A stretch of 48,787 bases of DNA. It comes from Thermoleophilia bacterium. Lineage in GTDB: Bacteria > Actinomycetota > Thermoleophilia > Gaiellales > F1-60-MAGs149. The DNA lies in the NCBI GenBank assembly GCA_037133215.1, contig JBAXOM010000001.1:1-48787 (forward strand), given 5' to 3'. The stretch's first letter is position 1. Every line of letters begins with the position of its first letter. Positions 26,175 to 33,608 of this stretch are shown one piece after another. The notes beneath the pieces were generated by a model, which worked only from the letters and a program-made list of their open reading frames with translations, did no database searches and had not been told where the DNA came from. A program made the position numbers and the translations under genes.

Positions 26175-28160
26175 ATGCCGCCGATCATTGCCTTTGATGC
26201 CGATGTCATCGGCCGCCAGCGCACGGGCGACGAGACTGTCGCGACGGGTCTCTTAACGGCAATTGCCGCGCGGACCGATCTCGACTTTCAGGTACTCGCC
26301 TACGTCCGTGACGCGACGAAAGTACCCGAGGCGATCACTGCCTCTGGTGTCGTTTGTCCGGTTGCCGTGGACATCGGCTCGAATTACCGGCGCGTGGCGG
26401 TCAGTCTGCCCGCACGGCTTCGGGCCGATCGCCCCGCGCTGTACCACGGCAACTATGTCTTGCCGCCAGGCCTCCCGTGTCCTGGGGTGGTGACGGTCCA
26501 TGACTCGTCCTATCGCTTTGCTGCCGAGTTGATGCCCAAGGCGGATGCGTTTGCATTTGGCCGCATAGTGCCGTGGTCGATGCGGCGCGCGGCCCGTGTC
26601 ATTACGGTCTCAGAGCACGGACGTCTCGATGTGCTCAAGTCGCAACCAGGGCTTGATCCTGCAAAGGTGATCGCGATCCCTAACGGCGTCTCTGCGGCCT
26701 ACACTCCCGATCCAACTGCGGCCGATCGCGTTCGAGCGACGTACGGGCTGGAGCCTGGCTACGTGCTGTTTATTGGTGCGCTTCAGCCACGCAAGAATCT
26801 GTTGCGTCTCCTCGAGGCCTACGCGCGCGTGCGCGACGCTCGCAGCACAATGCCGCCGCTCGTACTCGTGGGTAACACGAAACAGGATCACGACGAGCTG
26901 GCCGAGCGTATTGCCGGACTGGGACTCAACGATGCGGTCCATCAGGTCGGTTACGTGGAGGGTGAGGCTGCGTTGCGTGATCTTTACGTGGCGGCTGGCG
27001 TTTTTGCTTTTCCGTCGCTCTACGAGGGATTTGGCCTGCCGATTGCGGAGGCGATGGCGTGTGGTACACCGGTGCTCACAGCCGACGCAACTGCCTTGCC
27101 CGAAGTCGCGGGTGGCGCAGCCGTTTTGGTTGATCCATTGTCTGTGTCGGCGATTGCGACTGGGCTGACGACACTGCTTGATGACGAGGGCGTACGCGAG
27201 CGTTGCCGCACAGCGGGTCTCGTGCGGGCAGCCGAGTTGACCTGGACGGCTGCCGCTGATCGCCTCGTCTCGGTCTGGCAGGACATCCTCGTCGAGTCGC
27301 CCGTTCGCCAGCGTACGGTTCGTTCCGTAGCTGCGGGTACGCCAGCGAGCGTCGTGGCCGCATTGACCTCGACCGGCCAGACAGACGACCTGCCCGACGC
27401 GATCACCGGTCTGCGCCAGCAGGGAATGGCGGATGCCCTGACGATCGTCGTGGTGGCGAACCGCCCGGGTGATGGCACGGCCGAGCTAGTCCGCGCCGAC
27501 TATCCCGACTGCATACTGGTCGAGCAGCCGGATACCCGCTCCTACGCCGAGAACCAGGCTGTCGCGTTTGCCGCGGCGCCGGGCGACTATCTGGCGATCG
27601 TCAATCCTGATGCGATCGCGCAGCTCGAGTGTCTGCCCCGCCTCGTGCGTTTTATGGAGGAGCATCCGCGCTGCGGCCTCGTCGCGCCGACGCTACGCAA
27701 CCTCGATGGCTCGTATCAGGAGGCCGCTCGCAACTTTCCCGAGCCGATCGGTTCGATCATCCGTCGCACACCGCTGCGGAGGGTGCTGCCACCGTCGCGC
27801 TTTGCGGGCGACCACTATCTCGGCGAGCCCGACTCGGCGCGCCAGATCGACTGGTCGCTCGGTGCCTTCCTGCTGATCCGCCGCGAAGCGTGGGACGACG
27901 TCGGAGGCTTCGACGAGGCCTTCGCACCGCTCTACGTCGAGGAGATCGAATTGCAGTGGCGTCTGTGGCAGCGCGGCTGGGAGATCTGGCAGGAGCCTGC
28001 CGCCGAGGTCGTCCACGCACACCAGGCCGCCAGCGATGGGGCTTTTTTCGATAAGCGCACCGTCTGGCATCTGCGTAACGTCGGGCGTTTCATTCGCCGC
28101 CACCCAACGGTCCTCGCGGGCCAGTCACCAGGCCTCGCGCCCTCGAACACGCCACGGTAG
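26175..28160 (+). CDS. Bifunctional glycosyltransferase: N-terminal GT4 (GT-B) fused to C-terminal GT2 (GT-A)
   Basis: GT4: PSLYEGFGLPIAEAMACGTPV. GT2: IVVVANRPGDGT, DYLAIVNPD, GAFLLIRREAWDDVGGFDEAF. The stop TAG lies inside repeat copy 1 of the 28155-28367 module. Confidence 0.85.
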   Translation: MPPIIAFDADVIGRQRTGDETVATGLLTAIAARTDLDFQVLAYVRDATKVPEAITASGVVCPVAVDIGSNYRRVAVSLPARLRADRPALYHGNYVLPPGLPCPGVVTVHDSSYRFAAELMPKADAFAFGRIVPWSMRRAARVITVSEHGRLDVLKSQPGLDPAKVIAIPNGVSAAYTPDPTAADRVRATYGLEPGYVLFIGALQPRKNLLRLLEAYARVRDARSTMPPLVLVGNTKQDHDELAERIAGLGLNDAVHQVGYVEGEAALRDLYVAAGVFAFPSLYEGFGLPIAEAMACGTPVLTADATALPEVAGGAAVLVDPLSVSAIATGLTTLLDDEGVRERCRTAGLVRAAELTWTAAADRLVSVWQDILVESPVRQRTVRSVAAGTPASVVAALTSTGQTDDLPDAITGLRQQGMADALTIVVVANRPGDGTAELVRADYPDCILVEQPDTRSYAENQAVAFAAAPGDYLAIVNPDAIAQLECLPRLVRFMEEHPRCGLVAPTLRNLDGSYQEAARNFPEPIGSIIRRTPLRRVLPPSRFAGDHYLGEPDSARQIDWSLGAFLLIRREAWDDVGGFDEAFAPLYVEEIELQWRLWQRGWEIWQEPAAEVVHAHQAASDGAFFDKRTVWHLRNVGRFIRRHPTVLAGQSPGLAPSNTPR

Positions 28161-28367
28161 CGACATTTTGGGCCCGGGCCCAAAGTGTCGCCCAAAACCC
28201 CGCCGGACAAAATGGGCCCGGGCCCAAAATGTCCGAAACTGCCAACAAACCCGCGTGGTTACGTGTGACAGTGGTGTGTTGCAAATCGCAGAATCGTCAC
28301 GTTGCACGATTGGTGAGTCAGAAGAGCGAGCGGTAGCGACATTTTGGGCCCGGGCCCAAAGTGTCGC
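28155..28367. repeat. 213-bp intergenic module: two identical 37-bp direct repeats, each containing a 32-bp palindrome, plus a third related palindrome and a 101-nt lower-GC core
   Basis: CGGTAGCGACATTTTGGGCCCGGGCCCAAAGTGTCGC occurs at 28155-28191 and 28331-28367. GGACAAAATGGGCCCGGGCCCAAAATGTCC is at 28205-28234. The module fills the junction between two convergent GT genes exactly. Confidence 0.85.
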
Positions 28368-29422
28368 TAGAGCAGGCTGTGGTACAGAGCGACGTAGCGT
28401 TCTGCCGCCGCCGACCACGTAGCCATTTGCGCGCGAGCGTGACCGAGGGGGATCAGATGATCACGGTCGGCGATGGCCTCATCGATGGCAGCGGCGAGTG
28501 CGCGCACATCGAGCGGATCGAACAGGATTGCGGCATCGCCCGCGGTCTCGGGGAGTGCGCCGACCTTCGCGGCAGCAACGGGTGCGCCCGCCGCGAACGC
28601 CTCCAGCACGGGGAGGCCAGACCCCTCATGCAGCGACGGGACGGCGACGGCGGCCGCATGCTGGTACAGGCTCCGTAGCGTGCGGTCGTCGACGCGGCCG
28701 AGGCGGTGCAGCCACGGAACGGTCGGTAGTTCGTCTGCACCCCAGCCGTCGGCGCCCACCAGCACGAGCTGTTCGGGCGCGCCGGCTGTCTGGCGACGCT
28801 GCATCGCCTCGACCAGGCGGACAAGGTTCTTTCGCGGTTCGGGAGTGCCGACTGCGAGCACGTACGGGGCAGCAACATCTGGGGCCTCCGCAGGCACCGA
28901 CCAGAACTCCTCGACGCCGTTCGGGATCACGTGGACACGATCACTCAACGCTGGCGCGAAGGCGGCCAGATCGGCAGCCGTATCGTCCGAGACGGCGACG
29001 ATTGCGGCGGCTGCAGTCAACACCCGTCGCAGCGTGCGTTGCGAGTAGTGTCGATTCCAGCCGCTCAGCGTCTCCGGATAGCGCACGACCGCGAGGTCGT
29101 GGACGGTGATGATCGTCGGCGGCGAACCAGGGGAGAGAGGACCGCGGGGGAGTGGCAGGTGGAGGACGTCCGCGCCTCGCGCGGCCGCCTCGCGCCGGAC
29201 GCCGCGCGGGTACCACTCCAAATCGAGGCGGAGCGCGAGCGCTCGCCGTGCAGCGCTGCCGCTCTTTGGTGGCGTGCCAAGTCCGAGCCGGATCACGTCC
29301 ACGTCAGGTCGTGCGTCGAGGGCATCCGCGAGTTGCACGATCGTGCGCGCCACGCCGGCCGAACCGAGTCGCGTCGCCGAGACGTCAAGCGCAACCCGTA
29401 ACGGGCGCGCCGGCGTGCTCAT
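28367..29422 (-). CDS. GT4-family glycosyltransferase
   Basis: PSLHEGSGLPVLEAFAAGAPV, EPRKNLVRLVEA. The true start ATG 29422 overlaps the proA stop (ATGA). The upstream 189 aa of track ORF 28367-29989 are Arg-rich out-of-frame overlap with proA. Confidence 0.85.
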   Translation of the reverse strand: MSTPARPLRVALDVSATRLGSAGVARTIVQLADALDARPDVDVIRLGLGTPPKSGSAARRALALRLDLEWYPRGVRREAAARGADVLHLPLPRGPLSPGSPPTIITVHDLAVVRYPETLSGWNRHYSQRTLRRVLTAAAAIVAVSDDTAADLAAFAPALSDRVHVIPNGVEEFWSVPAEAPDVAAPYVLAVGTPEPRKNLVRLVEAMQRRQTAGAPEQLVLVGADGWGADELPTVPWLHRLGRVDDRTLRSLYQHAAAVAVPSLHEGSGLPVLEAFAAGAPVAAAKVGALPETAGDAAILFDPLDVRALAAAIDEAIADRDHLIPLGHARAQMATWSAAAERYVALYHSLL

Positions 29423-30663
29423 CCGCGTGTCTGGCCGCTGCCGATGACGACGTACTTGGTGGTCGTCAGGGCCTCGAGCCCGATCGGGCCTCGCACGTGC
29501 AGGCGTGCAGTCGAGTTGCCGACCTCGGCACCCATCCCGTACTCGCCACCGTCGGTAAAGCGCGTCGAGGCATTGACGTAGACACAGGCAGAGTCGACGC
29601 CGTCGGTAAAGGCGCGGGAGGCCTCGAGCGAGTCGGTCACGATCGCCTCGGAGTGGCCGGTCGAGTGGAGGTCGATATGGTCGAGGGCTGCGTCGAGGTC
29701 GTCGACGACGCGGACGGCGAGAATCAGGTCGAGGTACTCGGCATCCCAGTCGGTATCGGTCGCGGCATTGATCTCGAAGTCGATCGCGGCGCGCGTGCGC
29801 TCGTCGCCGCGTAGCTCGACGCCCGCATCGCGCAGCGCGGAGAGGACGGGCTGAAGCAGATCCGTACGGTCGGCATGCACGAGCAGCGTCTCGGCCGCAT
29901 TGCAGACACCTGGACGCTGCACTTTGGCGTTCATTGTGATCGCAACGGCCATCTCGGCATCGGCATCGCGGTCGAGGTAGACATGGCAAATGCCACCGGC
30001 GGCAGCCAGCACGGGGATGCGGCTCTTCTCGAGCAGAAAGTCCTTGAGTGCCTCACCACCGCGTGGCACGACGATGTCGGCAGTGCTGGCGTCGCTGACG
30101 AGTTCGCCGAGATCGTCACGCGACCCCTCGATCGAGATCACGACGTCGGCCGGGAGCCCGACGGCAACGAGTCCGGTGCGAACGGTGTCACCAAGTACCG
30201 CATTGCTTCGTACTGCTGCTGCCGAGCCGCGCAGAAGAGCCACGTTGCCCGACTTGATGCACAGCGCAGCGACATCGACGGTCACGTTAGGACGCGATTC
30301 GTACACCACGAGGACGCGCCCGATCGGGACGCAGACCTTGCTCAGTTCGAGTCCGTTATGCAGGCGACGATCCTCGACGACGCGACCGACGGGGTCGGGC
30401 AGCGCTGCGACGTCGCGCACGGACTGCGCCAGTGCTGCCAGGCGCTCGTCGTTGAGCGTCAGACGGTCCACGAGTGAGGCCGCGGTATTCGAGGCTACGG
30501 CTGCAGCAACGTCTTCCGCATTGGCAGCCAGGATCGCCGCGGCATTCCGCTCCAGCTCCGTAGCGATCGCCTGCAGTGCCGCGTCACGCAGATCGGTGTC
30601 GGCGCTCCGGAGTGCGCGCGCAGCGGCTCGACCGCGGCTGCTGATGTCGGTGGTGGCGCTCAT
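29419..30663 (-). CDS. proA: Gamma-glutamyl phosphate reductase
   Basis: VVYESRPNVTVDVAALCIKSGNVALLRGS, NASTRFTDGGEYG, and 414 aa. Confidence 0.95.
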   Translation of the reverse strand: MSATTDISSRGRAAARALRSADTDLRDAALQAIATELERNAAAILAANAEDVAAAVASNTAASLVDRLTLNDERLAALAQSVRDVAALPDPVGRVVEDRRLHNGLELSKVCVPIGRVLVVYESRPNVTVDVAALCIKSGNVALLRGSAAAVRSNAVLGDTVRTGLVAVGLPADVVISIEGSRDDLGELVSDASTADIVVPRGGEALKDFLLEKSRIPVLAAAGGICHVYLDRDADAEMAVAITMNAKVQRPGVCNAAETLLVHADRTDLLQPVLSALRDAGVELRGDERTRAAIDFEINAATDTDWDAEYLDLILAVRVVDDLDAALDHIDLHSTGHSEAIVTDSLEASRAFTDGVDSACVYVNASTRFTDGGEYGMGAEVGNSTARLHVRGPIGLEALTTTKYVVIGSGQTRG

Positions 30664-30692
30664 GCGCAGAGGATACCGGCTGTGAGTGGTAT

Positions 30693-31766
30693 CTAGGCTG
30701 GTTGGATCAGCACGAGGCGGTCGCGGTGCACGGCGGGGTCAGCGCCCCGCTTGCCGACAAGACCCTTGAGTTCGTCGCTGCCCATCTCGGCAACACCCCG
30801 AGCAAAGACCGTGCCGTTTACGTCGACGAGCTCCACACCATCGCCCGCGACAAATCGGCCAGTCAGGCTCCGAATGCCAACCGGTAGCAGCGATGCCCCG
30901 TCGGACTCCAACGCCTTGCGGGCGCCAGGATCGACTTCGATGCGTCCTGCGGTCGTCAGGCCGTGGAGCAGCCAGAGCTTGTACGCCGATGGCGCGTCGC
31001 CACGGGCCGGGAAGCGCGTACCAATCGATTCGCCTGCCACGGCCGCTGCGATTGCGCCGCTACGGCCACCGTTGGCGATCACACAGGCTGCTCCGCCCGC
31101 CCGCGCGAGCTCTGCCGCCGCGACCTTCGAACGCATGCCACCGCTACCCCAGGCAGAGCCGTCAGCAGTCGTATCGATTGCGGCCAGCGCGGCCTGGTCG
31201 GGGACCTCCCGAACGAGCGCAGCATCCGGATGTTTCGGATCGCGTGTGTAGAGACCCTCTTGGTCGGTCAGCAGCACGAGGAGACGCGCACCGAGCAGCA
31301 CGGCAACCTGCGCTGCAAGAGCGTCGTTATCGCCAAAGGTGATCTCTTGCGTGGCCGTCGAGTCGTTCTCGTTGACGATCGGGGTGACACCCCAAGCCAG
31401 CAGCGTTTCGAGTGTATGGCGGGCATTGAGGTATGACTCGCGGCGCTCGAAGTCGCCTGCTGCCAACAGCACCTGGCCTGTCGCGCGGTCGGACCGCCCG
31501 AGCGCGCGCTGCCAGGCCTGTTGCAACACGGCTTGGCCAACGGCGGCCGCGGCCTGCAGCTCGGCGACGGTACTCGGCCGCTCGGCGCGGTTGAGCGTCC
31601 CGATGCCAAGCGCAATGGCACCCGACGAGACGATGCACAGCGGGTTGTCTTGTGCGACCTGGCTGATCTCGTCGGCAATCCGATCGAGTCGGCTGCGACG
31701 CAAGCGCCCATCGGCGTCGACCAGCGTCGAGCTACCGAGCTTGATGACAACGGGACGGCGAGACAT
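30693..31766 (-). CDS. proB: Glutamate 5-kinase (with C-terminal PUA domain)
   Basis: VVIKLGSSTLVD, PIVNENDSTAT, and the PUA-like tail GASLLPVGI. Confidence 0.95.
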   Translation of the reverse strand: MSRRPVVIKLGSSTLVDADGRLRRSRLDRIADEISQVAQDNPLCIVSSGAIALGIGTLNRAERPSTVAELQAAAAVGQAVLQQAWQRALGRSDRATGQVLLAAGDFERRESYLNARHTLETLLAWGVTPIVNENDSTATQEITFGDNDALAAQVAVLLGARLLVLLTDQEGLYTRDPKHPDAALVREVPDQAALAAIDTTADGSAWGSGGMRSKVAAAELARAGGAACVIANGGRSGAIAAAVAGESIGTRFPARGDAPSAYKLWLLHGLTTAGRIEVDPGARKALESDGASLLPVGIRSLTGRFVAGDGVELVDVNGTVFARGVAEMGSDELKGLVGKRGADPAVHRDRLVLIQPA

Positions 31767-31772
31767 ACCCGG

Positions 31773-31778
31773 ATGGTA
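31773..31778 (-). promoter_or_regulatory. -10-like hexamer TACCAT, 6 nt upstream of the proB ATG (leaderless configuration)
   Basis: The reverse complement of atggta at 31773-31778 is TACCAT. The spacer ccgggt follows, then ATG at 31766. Confidence 0.35.
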
Positions 31779-31791
31779 CGGCAGACCTAAC

Positions 31792-31883
31792 CCGGGGCGA
31801 TCAACGTTGCTTTGGGGTCAGACCCCTAGGCAGAGTTCGCAACTTTGCATCAGGGTCTGACCCCAAAGCAAAGTTGATCCCGG
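31792..31883. repeat. 92-bp nested-palindrome element between the aminotransferase operon and proB
   Basis: Arms at 31792-31825 and 31853-31883 are complementary, with a 3-nt bulge and one mismatch. Each arm contains a GGGGTC-N-GACCCC-type mini-palindrome. The centre GCAGAGTT-CGC-AACTTTGC is also a hairpin. Confidence 0.75.
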
Positions 31884-31899
31884 CTAGAGCTACGTAGCG

Positions 31900-32196
31900 C
31901 TACCGCAGCGGTCGATCGCGACCAGCGAGCTGACGGACGGTGTCCGCGTCTTCGCCGTGCACGATTAGCTCGAAGATTGGCTTCTCGCTCTTCAGCGTCT
32001 GCCGGGTCGTCAAGCGGCCGACGATGATGCCCATGCGCTGACAGAACGTCAGTAGGCGATCGCGGTCGGCGCAGAGAAGACGCCAAACCTCTTCTTGCAG
32101 GTGACGATCAAAATCGGGGCACATACCGACCTCACCCGTGAGGGCTACGTCGACCGCTGCCCGGTACATCGCTGCTGCGTCATCGATCTCGGTCAT
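31900..32196 (-). CDS. Hypothetical 98-aa protein, translationally coupled to the upstream aminotransferase
   Basis: The ATG overlaps the aminotransferase stop (ATGA at 32193-32196). Third-position GC is reasonable. I recognise no motif. Confidence 0.45.
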   Translation of the reverse strand: MTEIDDAAAMYRAAVDVALTGEVGMCPDFDRHLQEEVWRLLCADRDRLLTFCQRMGIIVGRLTTRQTLKSEKPIFELIVHGEDADTVRQLAGRDRPLR

Positions 32197-33590
32197 GCGG
32201 CTCCAATCGCGTCGGATAGTCGATCAAGGATCTGATCGACGTCTGTGCTGGTGATATTCAAGGGTGGTGCAAGAAGGACTGACTCCAGCACGCTACTGCC
32301 AAGGGCGGTCGGGCATGAGTAGATCATTAGTTGCCGGTCGCGTGCGGCAGCCGTTACGCGCGCGGCTGCACCAGCACGGGGAGCGAGGCTCTCGGCGTCT
32401 TCCACAAATTCGATGCCTTGCAAGAGGCCCATGCCGCGAATGTCACCGATGTGAGGGGTCGTGGCGGCGATCGCCTCGAGACCAGTGCGGAGGCGCTGGC
32501 CCATCAGGCGCGCATTCTCGAGGAGGCCCTCATCGCGGATCACGCGCACCATCTCGGCACCTACCGCACAACCCAGCGGATAGCCCGAGAACGTGTGCCC
32601 GACAGGAAAACCGTCGGGCGATGCCATCAGGACGTCGGCGATATCGCCGGCCACGAGCATGCCGGAGAACGGCACGACGCCGCTGGTGACGCCCTTAGCG
32701 AACGTGATGACGTCTGGGGCAACACCCCACTGCTCGACACCGAACCAGGTGCCAGTACGCCCAAAGCCAGTAATCGTCTCGTCGCAAATCATCAGCAGTC
32801 CGTGGCGCGTACAAAGTTCTCGGACGCGCTCGAGATACCCATCAGGAGGAGTCACGGCGGCCCCGCTCGCACCCGTGATCGGCTCGAGAAAGATGCCAGC
32901 GACCTTGTCTGCCCCGCGTGCCGCGATCGCGTCCTCGAGCTGCTTGATCGCGAACTCGACCTCGGCGGCGGGCGTGCGACGCGCGCGAATGTCAGCATTT
33001 GGCGTCTGGGCGACAGCGTTCTTGGTCAGCAAGGCCTCGAACGAATTACGACGGCTCGTACCCGACAGTCCAAGTGCCGCAATCGTGGAGCCGTGGTACG
33101 ACGGGTAGCGCGAGATGAACTCCGTCTTCGCGGGCTGACCACGCAGCTGCCAGTAGAGCAGGGCCAGGTGGATCGCCGACTCGACAGATTCGGAGCCCGA
33201 CGAGTTGAAGAACGACCAGGTGCGTGGCATCGGTGAGATCTCACGGAGCAGGTCGGCAAGCTCGAGCATCGGCTCATTTGAGAATGCAAAACGGTACGTA
33301 AAAGTGACTTCGTCGGCCTGGCGTTTGAGGGCCTCGATCAGGCGCGGATGACAATGGCCAACGCTCATCACCATCGCGCCACCGCAGGCGTCGATAAATT
33401 CGCGACCGTCGGCGGTCCAGATCCGACACCCTTCGGCGCGCACGGCGACGGGGAGTTGACGCCCCGGAGTGGCAGTGAGAGAGAAGTCCGTGGTCGAAGC
33501 CATCGTGCCCATAGTGTGCCCTACCTTGGGTCCGAGACCACGGAACGCCTCCATGCGCGTCATGATGCGCACGTGAGATTGAGGATTCAT
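32193..33590 (-). CDS. Class III (omega-type) PLP-dependent aminotransferase
   Basis: FFNSGSESVESAIHLAL, LMICDETITGFGRTGTWFG, TFAKGVTSG (PLP-Lys). The start is uncertain: internal ATG at 33512 has AAGGTAGG 7 nt upstream and is more likely than 33590. Confidence 0.85.
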   Translation of the reverse strand: MNPQSHVRIMTRMEAFRGLGPKVGHTMGTMASTTDFSLTATPGRQLPVAVRAEGCRIWTADGREFIDACGGAMVMSVGHCHPRLIEALKRQADEVTFTYRFAFSNEPMLELADLLREISPMPRTWSFFNSSGSESVESAIHLALLYWQLRGQPAKTEFISRYPSYHGSTIAALGLSGTSRRNSFEALLTKNAVAQTPNADIRARRTPAAEVEFAIKQLEDAIAARGADKVAGIFLEPITGASGAAVTPPDGYLERVRELCTRHGLLMICDETITGFGRTGTWFGVEQWGVAPDVITFAKGVTSGVVPFSGMLVAGDIADVLMASPDGFPVGHTFSGYPLGCAVGAEMVRVIRDEGLLENARLMGQRLRTGLEAIAATTPHIGDIRGMGLLQGIEFVEDAESLAPRAGAAARVTAAARDRQLMIYSCPTALGSSVLESVLLAPPLNITSTDVDQILDRLSDAIGAA

Positions 33591-33608
33591 GACGCCCGCT
33601 GGCCTGTG

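Noticed and set aside
28229-28336. 35-codon ORF (MSETANKPAWLRVTVVCCKSQNRHVARLVSQKSER) inside the palindrome module, ending in the same CGGTAG as the large GT gene
   Set aside because: It has no RBS or leaderless promoter context. The start codon lies inside a palindrome arm, and the shared stop simply reflects the 37-bp repeat. It is kept only as a remote possibility under the module finding.
28155-28367. Possible CRISPR array
   Set aside because: There are only two identical repeats plus one variant. The repeats are long perfect palindromes, the spacing is irregular (50 and 131 nt between starts), and no cas genes are in the window.
29423-29989. N-terminal 189 aa of track ORF 28367-29989 (MPCLPRPRCRCRDGRC...)
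   Set aside because: It is an Arg/Pro/Cys-rich out-of-frame overlap with proA. The real glycosyltransferase starts at ATG 29422, which forms an ATGA overlap with the proA stop.
33513-33605. Possible TPP or other riboswitch upstream of the NMT1/THI5-like binding-protein gene
   Set aside because: No CUGAGA/ACCUGA TPP core or other riboswitch consensus is visible. The region is about 90 nt at most and is shared with the divergent aminotransferase start.
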